Shown piece after piece: positions 34,083 through 44,367 of a stretch of DNA of 64,000 nt. Position numbers and translations under genes: made by a program. The notes below the pieces were generated by a model. It did not search any database. It saw only the letters and a list, made by a program, of their open reading frames with translations, and was not told where the DNA came from. Position 1 is the first letter of the stretch, and each line of letters starts with the position of its first letter. The stretch is from the sequence record OP380601.1; one strand, written 5' to 3'.

Positions 34083-36227
34083 ATGAAACAGAAAATTATA
34101 ATTGGTAACCGTGTCGATGACGGTACTGGTGATTATCTCCGCAAAGGCGGTCAGAAGACAAACGACAACTTTAACGAGTTATATTACAATCTTGGTGATG
34201 GTAATATCCCACATGCTGCTGGTGCATGGAAACAATATTCGGATCACACAAAACCCTTAAAGTGTGTTATGGGTCAGGCGTGGGTGGTTAATACCACAAC
34301 TGGAAGAATTACAGTAGAACTTCCTCTGGGGAGTGTTGCAGATTATGGTAGTGTTATTCGTCTTCGTGATGTTAATGGTACTTGGGGTTCTAACCCAGTG
34401 TTGCTAATCCCTGCGGGGTTTAACACGGTCAAGGGTGGGTCTGGAACTCATAGATTAGATAAAAATCGTATGGACGTAGAGCTTGTTTATTGCTCGCCTG
34501 GTAATTGGGAATATGTATCCAGTAAGTTTGTTGACGATATTAAATCGGGTGATGTTTCTACTGTAGCAAAGAGAGAATATATAGCTACAGAAGGACAAAC
34601 CGATTTTTCTGATATATTTCCATCTGGATATAATCCCGGTTCTGTTAACGTTTATAAAAGAGGTAATATTCTTTATTATGGCGCTGACTACGGTCCTGAA
34701 TCTAACTATGGTTCGGTTGTTAATGCAAACCCAGCACCACAATCTAATATAGTAGTTACTCCTAAAAAACTTGACAATACTAAGTATGGATATTCTCTTG
34801 GGATTGCTAGTTCAGTATTGACCGGTCAAGTAGAAAATATAGCGATAGTTAAATTCTATATTGATGATACTACAAACTTGTCTTATATTCTTTTCGATCT
34901 TAACAAATCCCCATTAAATCAAAATTTCTTAAAGGTCACTTTTAATGGAAAAGATTATATATTCAAGCAATCACCATCGTCTAAAGAATACGTTTCAACT
35001 GGTGTAGTTCCTGAAATAGTCGCGGCTATGAAAGGTACTGCTAACGTTACTTTTAAAGTTGGTGTTAGTAAAATTACAGCCCTAGATGGGTATACCATAC
35101 GATTGAATACGCCTTGTGAAGCTGGTGATGTAGTTATTATTGAAACTTTCCTCGATGGGTTAGCTACCTACAGAAGTTCATACGAAACTGCTACTATTCG
35201 TGTATATTCCAATAAGTTAACCCCAATAGATTATGTATCTGAGACGGGTAGACGTTATGTTGGGGATCTAACATCTAAGTATAGATTCACTATTACAGAA
35301 TTTGGATTCCAGCCAAACGAAACATTCAACCCAAATACATTAGAACTTTTGGTAAACGGTCGTCAATTGGTTAAATCCGGTTCCGCCGATATCCCGTTCT
35401 TTATATGTGAGGGTGCGGATGCGATAACCGAAGAATCGTGTATTGGTTCTGGTGGTGTTTGGGTTCCTTCTGGGGTGGATTATAGTCCGGTTCCTGATTC
35501 TTCTGGTATGATGCGAGATATAGTTATTAACGATGAACTTGAACACGAAGATGTTATTACTATTCGTTGGTTTAATAACGATATCGGTTCTCTGTTGGAA
35601 CTTGAAGAAATACTTGAAGAAACCGATGATAGATATATTGCATCTTCTCCGGTAAATATAACTGGAAAGATTATGTATTCAGATCCTTTTAGACCCGGTC
35701 CGACTACGGTTATTCCAGATCCAAACGATCAAATTGGTGTCAAAGTAAGTACGGTTTCTATGTTGTTTGATATGATTCATCCAATTGGAACAATTTACGA
35801 AAACGCAGACAACCCAAACAACCCACAATCTTATATGGGTATGGGTGTATGGGTACGTTATGCAGAGGGTATGACTGTTGCTGGTTGGAATAGTCAAAAC
35901 ATGAATGACCCGCTATATGGATTAAATAATAACGATTTAGATCTTAATGGAAATCCCCGCCATAGTGCCGGTGGGACAATTGGTTCCAATGAGATTGTTA
36001 TTTTAGCTGAAAATACTCCGGGTACTAAAAGTACAGAGAAGGCTTTGGTTGCGGATCCGGACGGTGATATTTTGGTTGGTGGTTGTCAATACGACCCAGA
36101 CGAAGAGGGTCCCGGTTATAAAAAATACCGAGAGGATTTTGTGTTGACACGACCTAGTGCAACTGTTAATCCAATCAAAATAGTTCAACCTACAATTACA
36201 GCTCATAGATGGTTAAGGGTAGAATAA
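34083..36227 (+). CDS. gp10: baseplate wedge subunit / tail pin
   Basis: MKQKIIIGNRVDDGTGDYLRKGGQK; HPIGTIYEN; VQPTITAHRWLRVE. Confidence 0.95.
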   Translation: MKQKIIIGNRVDDGTGDYLRKGGQKTNDNFNELYYNLGDGNIPHAAGAWKQYSDHTKPLKCVMGQAWVVNTTTGRITVELPLGSVADYGSVIRLRDVNGTWGSNPVLLIPAGFNTVKGGSGTHRLDKNRMDVELVYCSPGNWEYVSSKFVDDIKSGDVSTVAKREYIATEGQTDFSDIFPSGYNPGSVNVYKRGNILYYGADYGPESNYGSVVNANPAPQSNIVVTPKKLDNTKYGYSLGIASSVLTGQVENIAIVKFYIDDTTNLSYILFDLNKSPLNQNFLKVTFNGKDYIFKQSPSSKEYVSTGVVPEIVAAMKGTANVTFKVGVSKITALDGYTIRLNTPCEAGDVVIIETFLDGLATYRSSYETATIRVYSNKLTPIDYVSETGRRYVGDLTSKYRFTITEFGFQPNETFNPNTLELLVNGRQLVKSGSADIPFFICEGADAITEESCIGSGGVWVPSGVDYSPVPDSSGMMRDIVINDELEHEDVITIRWFNNDIGSLLELEEILEETDDRYIASSPVNITGKIMYSDPFRPGPTTVIPDPNDQIGVKVSTVSMLFDMIHPIGTIYENADNPNNPQSYMGMGVWVRYAEGMTVAGWNSQNMNDPLYGLNNNDLDLNGNPRHSAGGTIGSNEIVILAENTPGTKSTEKALVADPDGDILVGGCQYDPDEEGPGYKKYREDFVLTRPSATVNPIKIVQPTITAHRWLRVE

Positions 36228-37195
36228 TGATAAATATTTATAAACAGCCAAGTAATGTTACATATTACTCTGGTAGTGCTTACCAATTTAGTGTATTGGC
36301 TTCGTCAGACCTTCCAGAATATACTGTAAGGTATGAATGGAGTTCTTCCGATGATGGTACATCGTGGACAGTTGTAGCCGATCCAACGGCTGCAACTGAT
36401 AATCTAAAAATAACGCCTACGAATTTAGCATACGGAAAAACAAAATACAAAGTTGTAATAGAGGAATTAAACCCACTTGGTACAGTAACTTCAACTGTTG
36501 AGTCTGACGTAGCAGATGCAACGGTATTTGATGGAAGAACTAGTGGGAAACCTACCAGATCCAGAGATGGTTCTAAAATTCGTTCTCGCAAATCAACAGA
36601 CCATGAATTTGTACAAACTCCCGTAATGAATTCACTTTCCGTGGTTGGAAATATAGGTAATGCTACCTTACAGGATATTACAAAACATGTAGATTTTCCT
36701 ACTGTTCAAAATGCTATATCCGATGCTGCATATGTTGGACGTTTAAATGTTAATAGCGTAATTATTAATACTGATAATACCGACCCCGGCGGGTCTCCCC
36801 AATTAGATACCCTTGTGTTTTCTGGTTTGGTCAGTTCACCAAACGCTGGGGACGTAGCTATTCTTGATATATTTGGGCGTAGAGTTACAGTTCCTGATGG
36901 TTCTAGTGCAACTGCTGTCCGTGATGCAACGTTAGAGATGTTATTAGATTTCGAAACTAATAATCTATATGTTCGGGATGTTGTCCCTTTAGGAACAGAT
37001 ACCATTAACTTTGCTTATCGAGATATGAGAGATCATACACCCGAACCATGGAGCCAATACGGTATGACTATGGATTGGACTGTAGGATCCCCTGCTACAT
37101 ACGGATACGGATATTGGAATATGTTTTTATCGGAAGATAAAACCGCGAATGATACCAGCGTAGTAAAATTATATTACTGGAAAAGGATTGGATAA
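36227..37195 (+). CDS. gp11: baseplate wedge pin with an added N-terminal Ig-like domain
   Basis: C-terminal part ends YYWKRIG as in T4 gp11; first ~100 aa Ig-like (QPSNVT..QFSV..YEW..YKVVI). Confidence 0.85.
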   Translation: MINIYKQPSNVTYYSGSAYQFSVLASSDLPEYTVRYEWSSSDDGTSWTVVADPTAATDNLKITPTNLAYGKTKYKVVIEELNPLGTVTSTVESDVADATVFDGRTSGKPTRSRDGSKIRSRKSTDHEFVQTPVMNSLSVVGNIGNATLQDITKHVDFPTVQNAISDAAYVGRLNVNSVIINTDNTDPGGSPQLDTLVFSGLVSSPNAGDVAILDIFGRRVTVPDGSSATAVRDATLEMLLDFETNNLYVRDVVPLGTDTINFAYRDMRDHTPEPWSQYGMTMDWTVGSPATYGYGYWNMFLSEDKTANDTSVVKLYYWKRIG

Positions 37196-38542
37196 ATGTT
37201 AAACAATACAGAACAACATATCAGTTCTAAAGCGGAATCGGTGGAGCTAGACCCTAGCTCCACTAATTTTCCTATAGGAACTACTGATGTGCAAAAGATG
37301 GCAAATCTCATTCAACCACATGCGATTAGTTCATATGAAAGTATGAAAGCCAGCACCACAAAAATGGGTATTTTAAGAATAGCCACCGAGGCGGAAGTAT
37401 TAGCCGGTATGGTTACTGATGCAACAGTTACTCCCGCAACGCTACAAGCGAAATGGATAAGACCTGATGCATCAGACACAGTGAAGGGTTTGGTTAGATA
37501 TGCCACGGTTGCGGAAAGAGCTGAAGCGTCTGCTAGTGTTTCTATAGGTATGAATACAGCCGGTGTGTGGGATATCGTAAGGAATAAATCCTTGGGAACT
37601 ACTACCAAAAATGGATCTGTAAAATTATCTACTACCGCAATCGGGCAAATCGGTACTGATAACACTACAGTAACAACCCCACTTGTAGTAAAGGCGATGA
37701 TTGATACGTTTGCGATCACTACAAATCCAGCCGCAGCAACAGAAACTACGAATGGAGTTGTTAAAATATCTCCCAGTCCAGTAGTAAACGCCGCCTTACA
37801 TGTTGGTGTTGCCGTTAGCCCTAAAGGTTTTATAGAAACCAGAGCAACACAAACCCGAGTCGGTACTGTTAAAATGGCTACACAGGCACAAGCAAATGCC
37901 CGTACAGCGACTGACGTTGCTCTTAGTCCTGCTACCCTACCCATAGCTTCATCGTCTCAGTACGGCATTACGGCGCTTCTAGACGTGGCCCAATCTGGTG
38001 CTACCAATAAAGCTTTATCTGCTCATGGTGCAATGAATTTTCTTTCAAAAATAACTGGTGGTGTGGTATCTGGTAGTATAACTGCAAATGGTGTATGGAC
38101 TAACGTTGCACAATCGACCGATTCAAATGCGTTGACACGAAAAGACTATGTTGATAGTCGGGATGCGTTTCTTCAAACTCAAATAAATAATAGAATTGTC
38201 AGTGGTTCTTTATTTAAAAGAACAAATAGGGTTCTTACCTTACTATTCAATTATAATGGTGGACTTACTTCTGGAAATTTCACTTTGAATGACCGTTGGG
38301 ATAATTATGATGGTATTATATTTGAGGGGTCTGGGGACGATCAATACGGTTTTGTAACAAAGTCTTTTGATAAAACCGAATTGACTATACTTCAACAAAG
38401 AGTGAACTACTTTGTATTTTCAACGGATGGAATATATTGGATGGGTAAATTTAGTTCAGATGCTAGAACATTTTCTACTTCAGCAGAAAACTCAAGGATG
38501 TGGAGAGTTTACGGGTATAAGGATGTGTATGCGGAAGCCTAA
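37196..38542 (+). CDS. gp12: short tail fiber
   Basis: NNTEQHISSKAESV; repeated AST/ATE..G..RIAT..E..G...VTP units. Confidence 0.9.
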   Translation: MLNNTEQHISSKAESVELDPSSTNFPIGTTDVQKMANLIQPHAISSYESMKASTTKMGILRIATEAEVLAGMVTDATVTPATLQAKWIRPDASDTVKGLVRYATVAERAEASASVSIGMNTAGVWDIVRNKSLGTTTKNGSVKLSTTAIGQIGTDNTTVTTPLVVKAMIDTFAITTNPAAATETTNGVVKISPSPVVNAALHVGVAVSPKGFIETRATQTRVGTVKMATQAQANARTATDVALSPATLPIASSSQYGITALLDVAQSGATNKALSAHGAMNFLSKITGGVVSGSITANGVWTNVAQSTDSNALTRKDYVDSRDAFLQTQINNRIVSGSLFKRTNRVLTLLFNYNGGLTSGNFTLNDRWDNYDGIIFEGSGDDQYGFVTKSFDKTELTILQQRVNYFVFSTDGIYWMGKFSSDARTFSTSAENSRMWRVYGYKDVYAEA

Positions 38543-38580
38543 ATACTAAAGTAGTGATTTATATAAATAAGGGAATCCTG

Positions 38581-41500
38581 ATGGAAATTATTAAACCAAT
38601 ATTAGACGATCTTAAATATACCACAGAAGTTCCTGTTGCTGGCTCCGGTCAGCAACAAATCGACTGGGTTAAAAATGGGGAACGTCCTTTAGGTGCAGAC
38701 CCAACGATAGTTGGTGATAAAAGTGGTGTTATTAATAGAACATCCGTGCAAGTATCTACCAACGTAGATATTTTGGACAAAAACCAAGATACCATGTTAG
38801 AAACTGTAAACCAGATTATAACTAAAGTTAATATCCATGACGATATTATAAACTCAGGAGATGGTCTTGATTTATATGAACGAGTAGATGCATTGGAAGA
38901 TGTTACTACGGTTCATAGTAATGAAATTTCCATTCTTAAAGATGTTGATACGGTTACAGAAGTAAAAATAAACTCTATCTCCGATAATATTGGTGTTGGG
39001 GATCCTTCTATGAGATATCGAACTCTTAGGGAAGATGACCTACATATTAAAAGAATGATGGGAAACTATACAGATTTTAATATTGATGGTGATCCTGCCC
39101 CAGGAGTTACTGCTAATGGTGTTAAGGGTCAAGTAGAGAGAAATTATAACTCTTTGGTTAACCAAGGGTCCAGAATTACCGCTCTTGAAAAATGGTGGGA
39201 TGATTCTACACCCGCATCTTTAATGCAAGATGTTAACCAAATAAGAAGTGAATTGGGGGATTCTAATGGTAACCCAGCTACGATATATAATCGGATAGAT
39301 GATTTGGAATCTTCTGAAGAAACTAACACACCGATTGTTGAAAATTTGGTAACTCACACCGGATTGGATGAATTCCCTGTACAATATCTTGATGTAGAGA
39401 CTGAAACATATATCGATTTAGATACACTTATAGATTATTCAAAGAATAATAAAAAAGATATCGACTATATATCCGCAATAACAAAAGATAGTGCAAACAA
39501 GATAGATGATATAGATCGGTCGTTGGGGTCACCTGCCGATTCAACTCTAAATCCATCCGCTTGGGGAAAGATTAACGATCTTAGTCTTCGGGTAAACACC
39601 AATGAATTGATATTGGGGTCTAGCCCTCTTGATGGTCTTCAAGGTCAAGTTGGAGCAATCGATATAAGAGAAGCTGGTCATTTTAATGATTTGGATAATC
39701 GGGTTGGTGAACTTACTGAAACTGTCAACGTAGAATATAGAACATCGATATCAGATCTTCAAAGAACCGTGTCAGATCCTAATACCGGTTTGTATGTTAA
39801 GATGGAAGGTTCTAAAAAAATATCAGATGTGGATTTCATCAAGAATGGTGTTTTTGCTTCTTCTAAAGAAATGTACGATGGTATGTATCAAGATTATAAG
39901 GCTGGTGCTGGTTATGCAACAAACCCAACAGATCAGATAACTCGATCCGCTTGGGCTAGAGAATATGACGGTACTAAATGGGATTGGAGAAACATATTTA
40001 AAACCGATTTCCTACTTGGTCAAGATAAGAAGATTAAAGCTGAAGATGATACTAATGTATTGTCATACACTCTCGGGTCTGATGGAAAATATATTCCGAC
40101 AATAGGACATAATGGGACCACGAAAGTTCGAGTTTTAGGTGAACTAATTGGTAACGTATATCTTGAACAAACATCGGATATTATAAAATTCGGTCAAATC
40201 TTGTTAGGTTCAACTGACAGAACTGTGTCTGTAGGTCAACTAGATAAAAGTTTTGTTATTAGTGGTAAAAATAGTTCGTCTTTGAAATATTTGACCAGTA
40301 ATGGAGAGTATGAAGTTCTTCATATAGGGAACTATAATAGCTATATTTCTGACGTAAACCCAGAAAAAGGATTTACTTTAGACCAAGATTCTAAAATTGG
40401 GTACTCTGGTGCAGATTTTATAAAATTGGTAGGTAGTGATTTTGTTCTTGGGTCTACACAAACTACCATGACTATAGATAGTAATATCAATAAATTGGTA
40501 TTAGATCCAATGGGGTCTATTAAGTTCAACGTAGGAATAAACACGGATCGTACTGTAGTTTCTCAATCATCAAATAAAATAATATTTGGAGATGCAGAGG
40601 CACAAAACGTATTGTCTACAGATTTCTATGTACAAGGTCCGGCTTCCACGATGTATAGAGTTTGGCATCAAGGTATGGACGCACCTTCTGATGGTAGTTT
40701 CTACGCAAGAAAGAACAACCAATGGGAAGTTATTACATCCGGATCTGGTGGGTCTGGTGATATTCCGGAAGTTCCTCAGTCAGGTAAAGCATATGCCAGA
40801 GTCAATGATGATGGGGTTGGTGCATGGCAGGAAGTTGGTGGACGTAATATTCAACTTGCAACTAACGTTTCAATTTTAGCAACTACAAACGGCGGTGTTG
40901 TTAACGCAATATCGGTTGATTCATCCACAGTAACTACCCATGTGGGTGCTGCATCTGGGTTTGTAAAGCTAGAAGGGGTTGTTAACGATTTTGTGTTGCA
41001 TAGAAAAATATCGACCGAAGATGGTAGCGTGATTGAGCGCGGAACTTCTTCACTGGTTATTGGCGATGCAACTAATGTGGTTCCTGTTTACTCAACTGGT
41101 CCTCTTTATGTTGGTTTGGTTGGTAGTGCCAGTAAGGTATGGACTGATGCAGACGATGCCCCAAATAACACCAATTTTTATGCTCGTAAAGGAAATCAAT
41201 GGACTCTGATCCATGATGGTGTTGACCCAAATAAGGATGTGGTTATCGGCGAAACTAAATCGTATAAAATAGGAACATATAATGTTGCTAAAATAGATAC
41301 GGTTGGTGTTGATAAATTAATGAAAATCGGAGACGGCGCTACATTCTTAGAGTTTAGTGGCAAAGTCACAAAAATGAATATTACCGAGGTTGGGGCTAAT
41401 ACTTCTTTTGGTATAACTACTACAATTGCGGGACAACCGGTTAACATGCTGAGTATTTCTCAACCTACAGTCGAGAAGTTTATTCAGCTTGGGGATCCTA

Positions 41501-41706
41501 CAGTTCCCATTAAAGTAGATACCACAATGATGACTATCAATGGTGATGAAGTTCTTACCAAAGATGAATTTGAGGCTCCTGATGATGGGAATAAATACGT
41601 TAGACAGGATGGTTCATGGACACGGGCATATTACTACGGTGATTTTGCGACCGATGCACCAGCCACACCGAAAGAAGGTGATTTGTTCTTTGAGTTCATT
41701 AACTAA
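38581..41706 (+). CDS. wac: fibritin (neck whisker), extended to about 1041 aa
   Basis: QQQIDWVKNGERPLGAD...GVINR N-domain, coiled coil, four foldon-like motifs; late promoter at 38539-38545. Confidence 0.85.
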   Translation: MEIIKPILDDLKYTTEVPVAGSGQQQIDWVKNGERPLGADPTIVGDKSGVINRTSVQVSTNVDILDKNQDTMLETVNQIITKVNIHDDIINSGDGLDLYERVDALEDVTTVHSNEISILKDVDTVTEVKINSISDNIGVGDPSMRYRTLREDDLHIKRMMGNYTDFNIDGDPAPGVTANGVKGQVERNYNSLVNQGSRITALEKWWDDSTPASLMQDVNQIRSELGDSNGNPATIYNRIDDLESSEETNTPIVENLVTHTGLDEFPVQYLDVETETYIDLDTLIDYSKNNKKDIDYISAITKDSANKIDDIDRSLGSPADSTLNPSAWGKINDLSLRVNTNELILGSSPLDGLQGQVGAIDIREAGHFNDLDNRVGELTETVNVEYRTSISDLQRTVSDPNTGLYVKMEGSKKISDVDFIKNGVFASSKEMYDGMYQDYKAGAGYATNPTDQITRSAWAREYDGTKWDWRNIFKTDFLLGQDKKIKAEDDTNVLSYTLGSDGKYIPTIGHNGTTKVRVLGELIGNVYLEQTSDIIKFGQILLGSTDRTVSVGQLDKSFVISGKNSSSLKYLTSNGEYEVLHIGNYNSYISDVNPEKGFTLDQDSKIGYSGADFIKLVGSDFVLGSTQTTMTIDSNINKLVLDPMGSIKFNVGINTDRTVVSQSSNKIIFGDAEAQNVLSTDFYVQGPASTMYRVWHQGMDAPSDGSFYARKNNQWEVITSGSGGSGDIPEVPQSGKAYARVNDDGVGAWQEVGGRNIQLATNVSILATTNGGVVNAISVDSSTVTTHVGAASGFVKLEGVVNDFVLHRKISTEDGSVIERGTSSLVIGDATNVVPVYSTGPLYVGLVGSASKVWTDADDAPNNTNFYARKGNQWTLIHDGVDPNKDVVIGETKSYKIGTYNVAKIDTVGVDKLMKIGDGATFLEFSGKVTKMNITEVGANTSFGITTTIAGQPVNMLSISQPTVEKFIQLGDPTVPIKVDTTMMTINGDEVLTKDEFEAPDDGNKYVRQDGSWTRAYYYGDFATDAPATPKEGDLFFEFIN

Positions 41707-41718
41707 GGAATATTTTTA

Positions 41719-43215
41719 ATGGCTAACAAAATTTATAAGGAAGGTGTGGCGCATGATGCCACACCTAATATTTTTCATAATAACTGGCATAGATCTGTAC
41801 CTTGGGTATTTTCTAAAGGGGCTTGGCATAGAGCATATGATATCGGGGAAGAAAACCTATTATCAAATAGTAGAATGTTGAACGGTTCTGACATATACAT
41901 GTATGCCAACAATACACAGATTGGACATGTTCCACCTTGTTATACGATTTATAACAACTCGTTTAATACTGGAAATAATGCATTTGCTATTTATTTCAAC
42001 CAAGATAACGAGAATACTAGAGGTTATACTTTTAGAGCGATTGATTCTAGAATATTTTTTCAAACTAGATTATCACTTAAGAAAGATAAGGTATACACTG
42101 CTAGTGTAATGGTTAGAAATAATGACGAAACTCTGGTACATAGTGGAGTTTTGGCAGATATCTATATGGATAATGGAGAAGATTTATCTAATTATCTAAC
42201 ATTTACCAAAAAGTTCGATGATCATCCACTAGTTGGAAATACTAGAACTAGTATATATTCCACGTTTACTGCTAAACGTGATTGTGTTATACAATTTAAT
42301 TTTGGTATTGGTGTTAGATATAATACTAATGGTAATTTTTCTTTTGATTCTCCTCAAGTAACAACCACAAACAAAGTTATAGATTATCACCCAACACCAC
42401 AAACCATAACAAACGAATCTATTATATTCAACCAATCCGCTGGATTTGTGTCTAACGCTCCTCTAATGGTCGCTAACAGATCACACAAGATATCCGGTGG
42501 GGTTATATTGAGTGACACTGCCGATGAGCTTGTAATAGCTTCTAAGGACGTTAACAACATATCTACCGGTATGGGTATAGATTTAATAAAGAATGAGTTC
42601 TGGGTAAAAACTCCGGATGGTATATATCATCGAAATAAACTTAAATATGCAGTACCTCGCGGTATAAGTATTGGTATATCTGTTTGGTTTGATGTTAGTA
42701 ATGGGTTCGCTAATAACGTTAGGTTGTATGTTAATGGTGAAGTAAATGCAAGAATAACCGAACCATATTTAAGTCTAGATAATGGAATTAATACTGTGTT
42801 TGGTAAAAACGGTTCTGGGATCCGAATTGAACAATTTGAAATATTTTTAGATGAGGTTAGTTATCTTTTTAATATTTCGAATAATGGTGATAATAAATTA
42901 ACCTCTACCAACGGAAAATTACAGTTAGATATTATTGGTAATGTGACTTGGTGGAGTACAGTAGCTCCCAAAATAACTCTTCAACCTAATATGGTATACA
43001 TTGCTGGTGTTGGGGATACCGTAGTTATAGAAGTTGATGCGGATAGATATGATTCAGTTGAATGGCGTGATTCTAGAGGAAATATTGTTAGTACAGAAAA
43101 ACAATTATCCATAGAAGTTACTGATGAAACCGATTTATCTATATTCTATTTTGCTTCGTTTATTAACCCTTATGGTACAGTTTCAACCAGAACTACGAGA
43201 ATACAACTTTCTTGA
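41719..43215 (+). CDS. putative fibre-tip adhesin (CBM-like + LamG-like + Ig-like)
   Basis: Trp-rich N-terminus NWHRSVPWVFSKGAWHR; LKKDKVYTASVMVR..FDSPQV; VRLYVNGE; C-terminal Ig-like PKITLQP..VEWRD..NPYGTVST. Confidence 0.55.
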   Translation: MANKIYKEGVAHDATPNIFHNNWHRSVPWVFSKGAWHRAYDIGEENLLSNSRMLNGSDIYMYANNTQIGHVPPCYTIYNNSFNTGNNAFAIYFNQDNENTRGYTFRAIDSRIFFQTRLSLKKDKVYTASVMVRNNDETLVHSGVLADIYMDNGEDLSNYLTFTKKFDDHPLVGNTRTSIYSTFTAKRDCVIQFNFGIGVRYNTNGNFSFDSPQVTTTNKVIDYHPTPQTITNESIIFNQSAGFVSNAPLMVANRSHKISGGVILSDTADELVIASKDVNNISTGMGIDLIKNEFWVKTPDGIYHRNKLKYAVPRGISIGISVWFDVSNGFANNVRLYVNGEVNARITEPYLSLDNGINTVFGKNGSGIRIEQFEIFLDEVSYLFNISNNGDNKLTSTNGKLQLDIIGNVTWWSTVAPKITLQPNMVYIAGVGDTVVIEVDADRYDSVEWRDSRGNIVSTEKQLSIEVTDETDLSIFYFASFINPYGTVSTRTTRIQLS

Positions 43216-43228
43216 AAGGGGCCATAAA

Positions 43229-43366
43229 ATGCAAACCGCTGTGCTTTTGTTCTTTAGAACAATCGGTCTAGAGGTGCTGACTCAATTGCTTAAACTGTTG
43301 GCGGAAATGTTGACAAAAAAGCAAACTGAAAATCAGGAAGAGATCGAAAAGAATAAAAAATCTTAA
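43229..43366 (+). CDS. 45-aa amphipathic peptide
   Basis: MQTAVLLFFRTIGLEVLTQLLKLLAEML...; SD AGGGG; followed by a terminator. Confidence 0.55.
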   Translation: MQTAVLLFFRTIGLEVLTQLLKLLAEMLTKKQTENQEEIEKNKKS

Positions 43367-43368
43367 TA

Positions 43369-43407
43369 AAAAGCCCCAATGCAAAAAATAAACGCATTGG
43401 GGCTTTT
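43369..43407 (+). terminator. intrinsic terminator
   Basis: AAAAGCCCCAATGC/GCATTGGGGCTTTT. Confidence 0.75.
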
Positions 43408-43441
43408 CTCTAAATAAAAGAAATACAATAAGGATCCTAAA

Positions 43442-44362
43442 ATGTTTAATACCTGTAATAATCCGAGAGAATTGAAAGATAATATTCTACGCCGTTTGGG
43501 TGCTCCTGTAATCAATATAGAAGTAACGGAAACTCAAATTTATGACAGTATCGGTCGTGCCCTAGAACTATATAAAGATTATCATCACGATGCACTTAAT
43601 AGAGCATTTATCACCATAGTAATGACCGAGGAACAAGCTCTAACTGGATATATCGATTTGAGCGAATATCCTATATTCGCAGTAACTAAAATACTAAGGT
43701 CCCAAGTTGGTAACACAACTTTATTGGGGGGTGGGGTTCCTCTTAATTGGTTCACTGGATTTGTTATGAGTATCAGTGGCGCGGGCGGTTCCTGTTATCA
43801 TGGTCCTAGTCCTTTTGGTAATATCGGTAGTGTTGGTTATTTTGCACAATTTAGTTCATATCAGAAATTGTTACAAGATCAACTAAATCCACTACCAGAG
43901 TACGATTTCGACACAAAAGCCGGAATTCTTCAAGTATCGGGTAAAAACTTTAGAAAAGGCGATATTCTAATGATCGAGGTTTATATTCAGAACTTTGTTG
44001 ATTTGGATGAATTTGCATATAACGATTTTGGGTCTTCTTCTCCGATTGGTTCTAATAACAATTTCAATCTAGAACAGAAATGGGCAAACCCATATAAGAA
44101 ATTACCTGAATGGGTTGTAGGTGACGCTAGAAACGATTTCCCAGATCAAAAGGTATATGACAACCGGTGGATTAAGGATATGTCTACTGCATTCGTAAAA
44201 GATATATGGGGCGGTATACTGGCTAAACATCAGGGTATGCAATTGCCGGGCGGCGTAACCGTTGATGGGGTTCGTTTAATCCAAGAAGCTCAAGTAGAAA
44301 TAGAAAAACTTAGGGAAGAACTTCTTTCATTATCTGGTCCTGATGCGATCATTGTGGGGTAA
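43442..44362 (+). CDS. gp13: neck protein
   Basis: NPRELKDNILRRLGAPVINIEVT; KHQGMQLPGGVTVDG. Confidence 0.95.
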   Translation: MFNTCNNPRELKDNILRRLGAPVINIEVTETQIYDSIGRALELYKDYHHDALNRAFITIVMTEEQALTGYIDLSEYPIFAVTKILRSQVGNTTLLGGGVPLNWFTGFVMSISGAGGSCYHGPSPFGNIGSVGYFAQFSSYQKLLQDQLNPLPEYDFDTKAGILQVSGKNFRKGDILMIEVYIQNFVDLDEFAYNDFGSSSPIGSNNNFNLEQKWANPYKKLPEWVVGDARNDFPDQKVYDNRWIKDMSTAFVKDIWGGILAKHQGMQLPGGVTVDGVRLIQEAQVEIEKLREELLSLSGPDAIIVG

Positions 44363-44367
44363 TTAAT

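Noticed and set aside
37312-37944. 210-aa antisense ORF inside gp12
   Set aside because: Shadow of Ala/Thr/Val-rich RNY codons; no SD or homology cue
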